Below, piece after piece: positions 14,465 through 27,912 of a DNA stretch of 64,000 bases; position 1 is the stretch's first letter, and every line of letters starts with the position of its first letter. The notes under the pieces were generated by a model. The model saw only the letters and a program-made list of their open reading frames with translations. It had not been told where the DNA came from and did not search any database. A program made the position numbers and the translations under genes. The DNA is from Harriotta raleighana (lineage: Eukaryota), in contig JBNZDD010013711.1 of assembly GCA_050575255.1 (NCBI GenBank), positions 6,574,491 to 6,638,490 of the forward strand, read 5' to 3'.

Positions 14465-15423
14465 AATGACTTGGATGAAGGCATAGAACGTTTTATATCC
14501 AAGTATGCAGACAACAGACACTAAGTAAGTGTGGCGTAGGAAGTTAAAAGTGAGAAGTCATCCACTGCAGACCAAAACAAAAAGCTGAATATTTTCTTAA
14601 TGGGGAGGCTGGTGTAGAAGGCGCTATATAAATGCAAGTTGCTGTTGTAGTAAGAACTGGAGGAGCAAAGAGATTTGGGTGTCCATATCTACAAATCACT
14701 AAAAACTAGTTCCCAGGTGCAAAATGTAATCAAAAGACAAATGCCTTTATATCAGGTCCTGGAATACAAAGGGGAGGTAATGATGCTTCAGCTGTATAGA
14801 GCGTTAGTCAGGCCCCACCTGGAGTACTGTGTTCACTTTTGGGCACCACACATCAGGAAAGATATATTGACACAGAAGAGGGTGTAGCGCAGGTTCACCA
14901 GAATGTTACCAGGCCTAAAAAGGTTAAGTTACAAGGACAGGGACATTCTTCCGACGTGAAAGGTGCTCTATAAATATAATTTTGTTGTTGTTGCATAAAC
15001 TTGGATTGTATTCCCTTGAATTTAGGCGGTTGAAAGGTGATTTGATTGAGATATTTATGATGATAAAGGGATTTAATAGAGTAGATAGAGAGAGCTATTT
15101 TCTTTGGTTGGGGAAATCCCAAACTAGGTGGCATAGTCTTAAAATCAGAACCAAACCATTTAAGAGTGAAATCAAGAAGCATTTTTTTTCACTCAAAGGG
15201 TGGTAGAAATCTAGAATTCTCTTCCCCCAAAAGATTGTGGATGATTGATCCATCCACATCTTCAAGGTTTAGTAGATTTTTTGGTAGGTCAGGGTATTAA
15301 GGGATACAGGGAGAAAATGGGAAATTAGAATTGAAAGTATTAGTTGAGGTACAGGTCAGCCATGATCTAATTAAATGCCGGAATAGGCTCGAAGGGCTGA
15401 GTGGCCTACTCCTGTTGCTATGT
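13105..15423 (+). mobile_element. Decayed CR1 LINE (ORF2 RT region to 3' end)
   Basis: NYRPVSLTS-like and LYRALVRPHLEYCVHFWAPH, LGLYSLEFRRLKGDLIE remnants; GGCTCGAAGGGCTGAGTGGCCTACTCCTG tail. Confidence 0.9.
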
Positions 15424-15528
15424 AAATTCTTCAAACTAGGCTCTCAATCAGCACCAGATTAAGAATTCTTGGGGCCCTGCAGGCTCTTGTGCTTGCTGTT
15501 GGTTCCCCTTCCCACCTTCTGCCACTAT

Positions 15529-15825
15529 GAAGTCCTATAGCTCAGGGGTTGCATCACTTGCCTTACAAGTAAATGACCTGGGAAATTCCAGGCAGGGTGA
15601 AACCTTGAGGAAGTTTTCTTACTCCACATGCCTAATAATAAGCCCTTAAAAAACACAATAATAATTTGGTCATTTCAATCCCAAGACTGTTTATGGGACA
15701 CTGCTGTGTGCAATTGGCTACTGCGTTTCGCCCACAAGTATACAGTCAATTCACTTTACAGTATTTTCTGTGAAGCACTACAAGACGTAAAAAGCGCTAT
15801 ATCAAATTCAAGGATTATTATTGTA
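15529..15825 (+). mobile_element. tRNA-derived SINE
   Basis: AGTCCTATAGCTCAG head, GGGACACTGCTGTGTGCAATTGG core, AAAGCGCTATATCAAAT tail. Confidence 0.85.
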
Positions 15826-16012
15826 ATTATTACGTCCTGAAACACTGGGACTCTCTCACTCAATCCCTCCTCCCTCAATCTCTTCACAGTAATGAGGAGC
15901 ACTTCATTACTGTACCTCATGTTTAGAGTGTTTATATATATATATATATATACACACACACATATATGCGCAAATTGTTTGCAGACTATGCTCCTCACAA
16001 CTGATCCTTCCT

Positions 16013-16194
16013 TTAATTTCTCCAGTGTTTGTTCCATTAATAGCATGTGCCTTTACTACACAGTCTACAGATTGCTATCCTTGGACTTTCATTAGGTTTT
16101 GAAGAGTCAATGTTTTTCACCCATTTGTTCCTTTAGTCGACCATACACCAATAACGTTATTACTCTCTGGTGTCGACCGCCGGAGCTGCTGCTT
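16013..16194 (+). pseudogene. Partial duplicate of the CDK13 T-loop exon plus its upstream intron (copy of 16537..16718)
   Basis: 182-nt direct repeat at offset 524 with ~8 mismatches; keeps the ctttag acceptor (16136); reads SRPYTNNVITLWCRPPELLL and then diverges. Confidence 0.9.
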
Positions 16195-16619
16195 ATTTAT
16201 TCTTTTCATTATTTTAAATCAAATCGCCCACATATCTTTTCTGCTCTATGAATTCATTCTGAGGTGTATTACTACATACATGGGTGTTTCTTACTTTCTT
16301 TTGTTTTGTTGCAAGTGTGTAGGACTGCAAGCTTTTGATTTTGTATTGAGATTTGCCAAGTAAGTGGTGACATGTGAATGACAATATTTAATGTGCTCCA
16401 CCCAAGTGGTGCAGCTTGTACATATTCTAATACTCTTGCAGCTGGTTAAGTTGGGCACCTATTGTTACATTTAATATAGTCGCTAGTTTTGTTCACCTAG
16501 CAATGTTGGATTTGGAGGTTTGAGATGTATGTATGATTAATTTCTCCAGTGTTTTTTCCATTAATAGCATGTGCCTTCACTACACAGTCTACAGATTTCT
16601 AACCTTGGACTTTCATTAG

Positions 16620-16763
<144 letters not shown>

Positions 16764-16789
16764 TAAGTGTTCTATGTAATGTTTCCTAA

Positions 16790-16957
<168 letters not shown>

Positions 16958-17486
16958 TAGGTGTTGTGTTCTAATCCAGCATTTACAACAGAAATTTGGC
17001 AAAATATTCCCTGAACATGTGGAATAAACTAGGATTTTCAGAATTACGTCGATACCCCAACTTACATTTAAATAGCACTCTTTACGCAGGGTGGCCTCTT
17101 GGAGCACTTAACAATGGTTGAGCCTGACATTGGGAGAGGGAGGTGACTTTAGGCTCAGTCAAAGAGGAAGGTCTATGGCGTGATCTGAAAATAGGAAAGG
17201 AAAGGGCAAGGCAGAGGGATTGAGGGAGAGAGTTTCAGAGCATAGTGGCTGAACGCAAGGGACAAGGGATATGCAGGAGGTCAGAACTAGAGTGAGTGAT
17301 GGCATGGAGAATAAACAGGGTAGAGAGGTGCCTCTGAAAAATGTCACATAGCTGGTATTTTATACCCAATTCCCCAGTGATTTAAAAGGCAGGGATTTTC
17401 GAGACGAGGAATTAAATATCCCGTTTATATTAATGTATTAAAATATGCACTACTCAAAATAAATTTAAAATGTTTATTGGTCATAA

Positions 17487-17790
17487 AAACAACAAGTTAC
17501 ATTTGTATAGAGTCTTTCATGTCGGAGGACGTCCCAAGGCACTGCACAGTCAGGGATCTGCCCCACCCCTATCTGGTGGTTGGGAGCATATGGGAGATTG
17601 TAAGATTAGTGACTGAAGGCACGATTGAGAGTCTTGAGATGAGTGTTGAAGGAGGTAAGGGAGGGGGTGAGGCAGAGGGACTGTGGGGTAGAGTTCCAGA
17701 GGGTGGGGGCTGAGAGGCTGAAGGCCACCCGCCAATGGTAGGCAAGGTGGGGGACGTGGAGCAAGACAGAGCCTCAGCTCGTAACTGAGG
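17487..17790 (-). mobile_element. L2 LINE 3' end
   Basis: Reverse tail AACAACAAGTTACATTTGTATAGAGTCTTTCATG; GGGACTGTGGGGTAGAGTTCCAGA. Confidence 0.75.
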
Positions 17791-18423
17791 CCCATAGTCC
17801 AATTGAGGCCCATAGTCCTCTCTCTCCCCCTCCAGTCTGATGGAATATTTTACTTTCTCTTCAATCTTGAACGCTAATATTTGAATTTTCAATGTTTGTT
17901 CTTTAACTGGAAATGTGCATGTACTGCAGTCACCGGCTTCATTTTCTTAAGTATAATTTATTGGCTGGTTTCATCTGTTTCTACCAGTAATTGTCCAATG
18001 TAATAAAATTGGATTTGATCAAAATGGAATGTGACTGCTTCAGATCCAATTTAGGACTTCCTCCTCCTTGTGTCTGATGACTCAACCATAAATCATTAGA
18101 TTAGCTGCCTAGATAATTGTCTTGCATTAAGTCAAGGAAATTTATCCCTAGAGACTGACCTGATACTGCTCTCTATTCGTGGATGGTGAATGCTAATCAT
18201 GAATCTATCCAGGCTTAAACAAGATGTGTGTCCGGGCATCAGTTAAATGATGTATAAAGTAGTCCAATCTGAATTGATGCTTTTTTTTTGACATTTGAGA
18301 GAGGAAGCAATACTACAACAACAGCAACTACTCTCTAACTGGTTGCATTTCTAAGTGGAACATAGTTTTATTTCATGTTGCAATGAATATTAATTTTATA
18401 ATAATCAGATGGAACAGAATTAA

Positions 18424-18612
<189 letters not shown>

Positions 18613-18888
18613 TAAGTATTCATTGTTTATCAAATTTCATATCTTAAAGTGTATATGCTAAACCTTTATGAAATGCATCTGATGATTTAAAGTCTTGGAG
18701 CGTCCTCTTGACGTGAAAAGTGTAATTTTGTTGTTTTAAAGAGAATATTTACACTGCATATTTTTAAACTATTAATGTCAATATTGTGATTGACTAATAC
18801 AAGTAGTGAATAAAAAGTTCTGCCATTTTTCATGTGCACTGATCCGGAAGGCTGTCATTGCTTTGTTATGATGAAGGGCACCTGAGTA

Positions 18889-19238
18889 CAGTATCCGGCA
18901 CCCTTGGTACGTGACCAGTGCTGGTTAATCAAATATGCCGGATATTCGTGCGGCAAGTTGCCGAAAATTCTATACAAAAGATTAACTTATTTTAAAACAT
19001 ACCATATTAATAATAGACTAAATAATAACAGAATATTGCATGGATACTTACCAATAAAGCATTCCAGACACTCGGTAAAATGATCAGTAAAAAGCATGCC
19101 AGTGTTCGGTAAATTTAATAAGTCTACTTGTGCCAAGTGAGCATACCGCGAGTGTCCCGGATCTTCCAATACAATTGGGAGATACTGGTTGGTTGAGTAT
19201 GCCGGTTGGTTGGGTACAGAATAAACAAGGTTTTACTG
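18889..19238. mobile_element. Family-A MITE (short subtype)
   Basis: TA|CAGTATCCGGCACC...ATAAACAAGGTTTTACTG|TA. Confidence 0.8.
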
Positions 19239-19421
19239 TACTTGGATTCAGTCCACTGCATTATAATGAATCCATAATTATAGGGCTTTAAACAAATGCT
19301 CACTGATCAACTAGTGAATTGTGTTCTCTTTCGTTAAAATAAATCTAATTATAGTATGCATCTTACTTGTGAAGTGTGAAGTCTAATTTATTTTTCCCAT
19401 TATAACTGTGTTTTTGTTCAG

Positions 19422-19553
19422 TATTCCAGTTGCTGCGCTTGATCTCTTTGACCACATGTTAGCTTTGGATCCCAGCAGGCGTTGTACCGCTGAACATGCC
19501 CTTCAGTCTGATTTCCTCAGAGATGTGGATCATACAAAAATGCCTCCACCAGA
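19422..19553 (+). CDS. CDK13: CDK13 exon: end of kinase domain
   Basis: gttcag|T...CCAGA|gtaagt; [44 protein letters not shown]; 132 nt. Confidence 0.97.
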
Positions 19554-20264
19554 GTAAGTGATTTTTGAATTTGGTCTAATGATTTCAAATCTTTACTTCA
19601 CAATTATGTATAAATTCACCAGTTTCTGATTTTAATCTGTAAAAAACAGTATCTGTTGAACCAGAGAACATGGTTTGAAAGTGGGGTAAAATGCAGGAAC
19701 ACTGTTTCAGTGAGCAAGTTGTAAAGTATGGTAGAATTTCCCTAGGAAGATGGTAGAAGCAGAAATTGTTGATTCTTTCAAAGGCAACTTAGTTAGATTT
19801 CTTTTAGGAAATAATATTGTAAGGCACAGTATATAGTATATAGTTAGGGACATGTGCATGTGACTGCCAGGACATTGGACGTCCCACTGATGTGAAAGGC
19901 GCTATACAAGTGTAATTGGAAGGCACTCCAGATGGAATTTGATCTTCTTTCACCTGGCAAATCAAAACAAAATGAATTCCCATTGTTAAAAATTCTTGCA
20001 TTTGATATAGAGCCTTAAAACATTTTTTAAGAACCTTATTTTAAAAACAATCTGATTCGACCCCCAAAAGGTGCTGACTTGCTGCCCAGCAGTCAGTCAT
20101 TTTGTAATCAAAAATGTTAAAACATCACGTGTCGAAAGCTAAAGAACAATTTGTATTTTAACATAAAACTGAATTACTCGTGTGAAAATGTTTCCACTTT
20201 CTGTGAATTGGTGGCTTTTGACACAATTTGTAAAACTACCTTCTACATACTTTCATTTTTGCAG

Positions 20265-20464
20265 CTTACCACATTGGCAAGATTGTCACGAACTATGGAG
20301 CAAAAAACGACGAAGACAGAAGCAGTCAGGAGTTGATGATGCAGCAGCACCCAAAGCTCCTCGTAAGGACACCGCTCTAAGTACGGATGATAGCCGGAAT
20401 AATACACCTCAAAGCTTGCAACTTTACCAGCATAAATCTCAGGGCAATTCTAATATAGGAATAG
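20265..20464 (+). CDS. CDK13: CDK13 exon: C-terminal kinase extension (DCHEL motif and polybasic cluster)
   Basis: ttgcag|C...ATAG|gtcagt; [36 protein letters not shown]...SQGNSNIGI; 200 nt. Confidence 0.96.
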
Positions 20465-23400
20465 GTCAGTGATTTTGCTGTTCTTTGTGAATCTTTTTCT
20501 TGTTTTCTTAATTGAGTTTCACATTAATTAATTAAAGGAAGTCGTGCAAACATGCCTTTACCGGGATCTCCATACCTTATGCATAGGGTTGCCTCCATCA
20601 GATAAATATTGGTCTTTTTTGTGATGTTCCACAATTTGCCACAAATACATTTTCCTACAATGTCACAGGGGTAAAGAATTGAGGAAAAAGATGAATTGAA
20701 ACTTGACTGGGGAATTAGAAACTGTAGTTAGGGCAAAGGTGAGTGGATCAAAGGTCTAAAAATGTCACTCATTGCGAGAGTGATGTGCATCAACTGATGT
20801 CAGAAATGAGCACTTTTATTGTGGCAGTGCTGGATGCCTAGTTATCTTAATTGTTGATTTGTTTAGTCCCAAGTATGAAAATTTTCAACAAAAAAATGTG
20901 GTCAGCCAGGTGTCTGGCCCATACAGAAACTTATCACCATGCTCAATAATATCTTAACCAAAGTGAGATTTCCATTCATCCCAGCTACACATGGAAATTC
21001 AAGAGATGTTGATTGGAATGCTATGAGCACCCTCCCTGGAGGCTGCTCATAGCATTGGGCAAGCTTGCCCAATTACTGAAGGTATTGGGCACACATAAAT
21101 GCCATGGCTAACAAAACATTAGTGTGTGTGTTGGGGTGCTGCTGGGGGCTAACCAGCTAACACCGTTGAGAGCACTGCCTGGCAAACATTACTGCTGCTT
21201 GTCCAGCTAGGACTACCCAACAAGAGGCAAAAAAATCAAAATTTAGGTTAAAAATAATTGTTTTTCAAACAAAAGGAAAAAATAATTCAATTCTATTTAT
21301 CCTGCTTTATGAATTAGACTTTGAAGTTAACTGGAGTTTAAATTAAAATGTAAGGACATTAAATGGCATCAAAGGAATGCCAAGGTTACTTTAAAAAATG
21401 AAAAGCTTTACACCCACCACAAATATTGCTCAGTCATAAAAATGTCACATATATACTAGATCAAAACTTCCTTGTGTTTCTTGTTGCTTTTTAAAATTTT
21501 AATTTCTGTCTTGTCTGTTTTCTCCCTCTCTTTCACCTATCTACTTTCACTCAAGACATTCAAGGCCTATCTCCTTTCACTCCATGGTCAGCTGATGTTA
21601 TTGTCAGTGTTTGCAAATGAAATTCCTCTTAAATCCCAGCTAACCGTACTCATGGGGAGGAGAGCTTGTCCAGCGTGTGGGATTTTGCAACTAATTGTAA
21701 TTACAATGCAGGTACTGACATTTACCAGTGTTTTTCACAAGTACCAATAAATGCTGGTACATGCATTGTAACTGTTTCAATCTCATTAGCAGAAGATAGC
21801 GAATAAGCTATCACCTGCTTGCAGGATTCAAATAATCTGAATCAAAGTTGATATCCCGGACCACTGTGAAGGTCAGTGAGGCTGCTTAGTGTGGGGTTGG
21901 CGCCCAGTAGAGAATTAGGAGTCGGGAGTTTACATGCCGCTTATGGATTCTTTTTAATTTCAGTTTGGGGCCTGATTTTGATAGGTCTGAATTCCGCATA
22001 ACCAGAGTAAGACTGGGAGAATTTTTTTTATTGGGTGGCAGAGTCTAGTGGGCATTTTAGAATTACATATGATATAAGATTAAAGTTGACACATTTATAG
22101 AGTTTTAAAATTTCACATAACTGACCAATTATACGTAAATACTTTTGAAATTCTTGGTCATCTTTTGCAGATGTCTCCTTAGTTTATAGAAATAAAAAAA
22201 ATTGAACGAGGGCTGACAAAACATTCTGTGCTTAATTTTTTTTCCCAGCTTCACAAAACATTCGCCTATTGTTTAGTAGAAACAATTAGTGCATATTTCC
22301 GCAATTATAATGCTGTTTACCAGCTGAAATTGATGGTGGGGAGAGGAGAAAAATAGAGAGGAGAAATCAGCAAGGTTGCTATTCCAAATCTATTCATCCG
22401 TTTCTGGAATGTGCATGTACAAATAACATTAGATGTTCATTTGCGCACATCATTGACGCTCTCAATGATGCTCTCAATGGTGCTCAATGCTTCATCTGCG
22501 AACACACTTGAGTATTGGTATCGAATAGTATCTTGAACCTGTATAACCATCTGCCAGTTTGCGTCTTTTCCCTTCCTACTTTACATTATGTATTGCTTGT
22601 ACCAGTGCTATATTCCACTGCAAAAGGCTGCAGCCTATTTCAAAGCCTGGAGCAGTTACTGAAAAGTTGGGCTTCCTGTTGGCATGTAGTTTTCTCTTGC
22701 ATTGCATCGTGAGTAGTATGAGAAAATGATCTCATTTTCTGCTTTCAATTATTTCATTCTTCTTGGCATACAAAGTTATTACAAGGTCAATGTGTACAAC
22801 CGAAAGGTAGTTATCTAACCACTCTTGTGCTTTGGTTTCTTGTTTCCACTTGTGTACAATGTCATTGAGGTTATCAAACTGTTTGAAACCCCTTTAAGAT
22901 AACCAGTGTTCACTACTGTTTTGTACGCATTACTTTTTTTTTAAAAGAGTGGGTGAGAGCTTTTTCTAAACACGGCTGCTCTTTTTATTTGTGAGCTAAC
23001 ACACTTCCTCTAATAAAGCTTGTGTTCTTTCTGTATTTTTTTTTGCCTTGATGAGAACAATGCCAAGCAATGGATACACATGGCATAAAGCTAAGGCAGT
23101 AATGAGGCCTATGCAAGATCACAGGGGTGTCACTCCCATTTCTATCGGTCAATCCTGAGATGCGCTGAATTCTTTAAATGCACTTTAGAACATGTTCACC
23201 TGTATATTATACACGGTGGGAGTCAGTGATATTAGTTTTGTAACTTGTCAACCTCTTTCATTTTTTGGATACAAGGTTGTGACCACCTCACATGATTTTA
23301 AATGCACCGTGTGTGTTTATTTTATTCTGTTCGGGTTGTTACTGTATTCACATCGAGTTTGATGCAGAAAAGTGATACAGTACATGGGAAGTATTTTATG

Positions 23401-23919
23401 ACCACAATACTTTCCTCCTTTTCTATTTCCTGAACTCCTTTCCAGGCATTGAAGAAACAATGCATTTTTTTCAACCTCTATTCCTTTACTGTAGCTGTGA
23501 TGCCACTGCCTGGAGTTACTCGATTTAATTTAATTAGTACAATAATTTCATATTGGACAGTAAGCTACTCCAGAGGCACCTGTCAAAGAAAGTACATTAG
23601 CTGAATGCTGCTACACATGCACTCTTACACTTTGCTTCTCTGGGATTTGGTGGCTCTGGAGAGCTCACCAGTGGATTGCCAGATTCTTTCACAAACCACA
23701 TAAATTTATAGATAAAGAAAAGTTGATTTCACAGCAGTCACACATAGAACTTGTAAATTCTTTACATTTTTTGATAATATGCCTTGTAAATATATGAGTA
23801 TTCTCTAGGTAATTGCTTGATTCTAAAACAGCATGTAGTGCACATGATTTAAAACTAAGAATTCATCAAGCCTCTTAGCCACTGCTGCGGCTCTTCTAGA
23901 TATTTTATGTGCTCATTTT

Positions 23920-24075
23920 CCCCCTCTAAATCTGAGCATTGAGGTCAATTTTTGGCAGTTGTGCTCCCTGCCTGAAATTAGACAACTCAGCACAAACTAG
24001 AGAAACCTGAGACAATCCAGGCTTTGTGTAACTCAAAGCTATTCAGCAAATAAACTTGCTGAGCTGACAGAAAAG
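23920..24075 (-). mobile_element. LF-SINE-like relic (5' part)
   Basis: Reverse strand GTGCTGAGTTGTCTAATTTCAGG...AATTGACCTCAATGCTC resembles the LF-SINE consensus as I recall it; heavily diverged. Confidence 0.5.
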
Positions 24076-27000
24076 CTGTCACAATCTGAGAATGGAAATT
24101 AAAAGATGAGTAGAATTTTTTGAAAAATGGATTAAAGATGGGCTAGGAAAGCAGTAAAATGAATTTAACAATGAAAGTAAGATGAAAGCGAATGAGCACT
24201 AATATAAAGTGTTTATTTTAATTTGAAATGATTTTAGCACTCATTTTCAATGAACAGCTAATATTATTAATAGTTTCTGACATTTGACAGCTTTATTACA
24301 GTAACAATATTTTCTGCATCATGTTACAAACTTCATGTACAGAATTCCTTGATCGAAGGGAAACTAAAGTTTGTTTAAACCATACAGAAATCTGAAAGTT
24401 GACATTTTTTACTATTAAATCTGATTTTGTAGCAAACGAAAAGTCCTCAAGTCTTGGTTGCATCAGACTCAGTTAGGTTGAAACTGTGTCGTATTAATTT
24501 ATGGTCCAGAGAAACAGATATTTGCCCCATCAAGTCATTGGTGGTATTAGCTTTTTCACCCAGGTTTTCATTTCAATCCCAATCCTCTGCTCGCTGGTAT
24601 GCCTTTTTATATTTTAAAGCTCAAAACAGAAGGACACTGCCGCCAGCTCCAAGATGAGCAAATTTATCTTTTTCTATTTTTGAGCCTCTTTCTCTCCCCT
24701 CCCCCAATACTATCCCTAAATTGTATGATCATTGAGGCTGAATTAATATTTGGTTGTTTAAAGAAAATGTTAAACTTTTTATAAAATAGGTTAGTTCGGT
24801 TAGCAGTTTGGTCCGAGTTTCTGTGCATCTCAAACACCTTGCTGAGCAAAAAAAAATCAGTTGTTCTAACTTGTGGCTCAAATTCACAAACAGTGAATTT
24901 CTGGTTACTATTTGCTTTGCTAATTCTTAGTTTACCAAAGATCCATCTGTGAGATTGCAGCAAAAAAGTGTGGAAACTAGCCAGTCCCTGTAGGGAATGA
25001 AAAAAATGTGAGGTTAATCCTTCGGTTGGTTCTGTACATCACCTCGTGGCTGAATGTAGTGAAATTGCCAATTGAAATAACCATTTCTGCCTGCCCTGAG
25101 CAGGGGATTGTTATGATTGCAGGGCACCCTGAAGTATGAAGTAACTTGCTTTTCATTCTTCCCAAATCAGCAGAAATAACAATCATTATTATCATTATCT
25201 ATAAATATCAATAAAAGCTTAATATTGAATTGACACCTCTAAATTTGGCTTATGCCTCAGCACAGCCTGAGTCTAGGGAATATAATTAATAAGTAATTTA
25301 CTTCTATTTTACAGAGCAAGGTGAAACTAGGACTACCAGAGGAAGATGTGGAAGTGCATCTACTAAACTTTTAAATAAAAAGGAAACTAACACGTTTGTG
25401 AGGCTTAAAATAAGAAAAAGGTTACCATGCTCAAGTAGAAAAGTCATCAGATCTTAATGGAATTGTGAAGCACTGTATGTCATACATTTTGGCAAAAGAA
25501 TAAAGAAAATTAAACCTAAATAGTACAGCTCTTAATATGCAACAGAGCTTTCTGGTGTGGATACATATGTTTGTTACAGGTGGGAGTGCAGGTAGAAAAA
25601 GCCATTTAAACAGGCAATTATTAAAAAATGCACATCATTTTTGTTAATTATATGGTGCCTCTGTGCAATCTGCATAAACCCATGGCTTTACAATTCCCAC
25701 TTTCCTTTTCAAACACTGGTATTCCTAACAGGCTTGCTTTATTGACTACCACTATGGCAAATGAGTGAAATGCTTCATGATTATAGGGACATATCATAGG
25801 AGCAATTGTGCTTGAAACAGTTTGTTAGCTTTTAGTCTATTTAAGCTATTGAGTAAAGGAATATCAAAATCACTTTTCCTGAAGGTCGTGATGTGCCTTA
25901 GGTTGTCGCTCCACAGTGATTCTACAGTATTCTGTGGAATTATATGTTGTATGAGCTAGAACAATAAAGAATGGTATATGTTCTACCATGGGGTTAAACA
26001 TTTACTGTTCACAGTAAGACTACATCCTGAACTCATCTCTTATCTAGCTACCGCTTTCTGCAGACATTTTTGGAGCAGGAAACCTAGGTGGTCTGTTCAT
26101 TATGCCCTCCCCCAGGATACTGAGACCAATGATAGTGGAACCAATGGTAACACCCACACTAATGCCCTAGATTTGAAAAGAATAAATGATTCATGCAGAT
26201 AATCCTTTGCAAATTAAGGCTTTGATATCCTTTCTTCTCCCCTCTCTTAAGATATGATTTGATAAGTGCTGAGATTCCAGTATCACACAGAAGTATCTTC
26301 TCTTCCCATGTGATCCCGAACTTGAGTTATATTTACCTATATGGGACATCACTACTGGAACTCGCCAATTCCTGTTTGTGTCCTTTTCAACAAGGTTATC
26401 TAGTGGTAGCTCTGAATGGGAACCATGGCAGGAAGTTTTTCTAAATCTTTAGCACTCCCAGCTCACCCAAAGAAAAGTGCTGGCCTACTTTAATAACACT
26501 GCCCTTATTTGAGTGATATTCAATGACTAAGCACTTTAGGTTCAGTCCAGACACATTTACATTTGTAAATAATTATCTGAATGTTTAGGAATGCTTCACT
26601 CCTAGGAATGTTTAGGAGTGACTCATAATTTTATATTTCAAAAATTGACATGTATATCTCAAGGATACTCAAGGATATCTCAAGGATAGGGCGTAGCCAC
26701 TGTACATCTGGTTACTTTTGGTTCTAAAACTTAAAAACTTAAAACTTAAAAACTTAAAAGTTAAAAGCTTTTTTTAATGACCATAAATATTTTGTTTTTA
26801 TTTAGACTTTGTACCCATTTCTTGTAAAGTTCCATCATTCCTTAGTTGAATTTAAACATGATTTTTTATGTCCTATCTCATCCTTCCCTGATCAGGTTTG
26901 ATTCCTTTTTCCTTGGCCAAGGCTTCTCTGGATGCCCTTGGGCATTTTGCTTAATGTAGACGTTATACATTGATCATGATGACAGCAGATTATTTGATTG

Positions 27001-27347
27001 GGCGGAACATCATGGTCAAGTCTGGCTCTGTCCTTCCAGAACATTTGTGCAATCGCAGTTTACAGGTGTGGGGTGGTCTCAGGACAGTGATCAGTAACTC
27101 TGTTTTTTCCTTCCCTCATGACAATTGTAGCACCGATTGTTGCTTCTGCAATCAAACCAATAGCTTCCTGATTTAATGTTGCACTGGGGCAGTGCTTTTG
27201 TGGACTAGGCTAATGGGGAGCTTCTTAAAATGGATATCTGTCGACAAATTTTTTATTATCTTTCATTTTCTCTTTTATATCTAAATCTAGTAATTAATTA
27301 GCTATTATGTTATGCAGCTATTAATTTTGATGTTGCTATTTCTGCAG

Positions 27348-27836
27348 GCGCTAAAGGCACTGGACAGCAACTGAACCAGAATGACCTGGCTATTCTGATC
27401 AACCTGCTTCAGTCTAAGAATAGTCTTAGTCTGGGCCACCTTGCTCAAGTACTGAATATTAAAATGAATCCTGAGACTCAGCAGCAACTCAGCACAGTTA
27501 ACCTCCCAGCTGGAGTTCTGGCAGCCGCTGCCAAGCAGCAGCAACAAAAAGAGGTCCCGAAATCACAACTCGTCACGCCTTCTGTGCCAGCCCAGCCACC
27601 ACCACTCCCACCACCCCCCCCGCTCCCTCCTGTAGTCCAGCCGCCGCAGACAAAGACTGAGCCAGACACTGCCCAAGCAGCCATCCAGAGCGCACTTGCT
27701 GTGTTACTGACTCAGCTGATCAAGAAACAGCAACCACAAGGCAAAGAACCAGTCCTAGAGAAGGACAGTGCTGTGGTGGATATTGAGGTGCCTATTCAGC
27801 CTCCGGAACCACTTGAACCTGCCCTGACTGTATCTG
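27348..27836 (+). CDS. CDK13: CDK13 penultimate exon, Q/P/A-rich
   Basis: ctgcag|GC...TCTG|gtatgt; GAKGTGQQLNQNDLAILINLLQSKNSLSLGHLAQVLNIKMNPETQQQLSTVNLPAGVL...poly-Pro...; 489 nt, phase 1-1. Confidence 0.93.
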
Positions 27837-27912
27837 GTATGTTGCACCGTAGTTAATTTAGCAAAAAAAGTTCTAGAAATTATTTATCTAAAACATTTGG
27901 ATAATAATTATA

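Noticed and set aside
26655-26768. Short repeats (CTCAAGGATA)x3 and (AAAACTT)n
   Set aside because: Ordinary slippage repeats with no further structure
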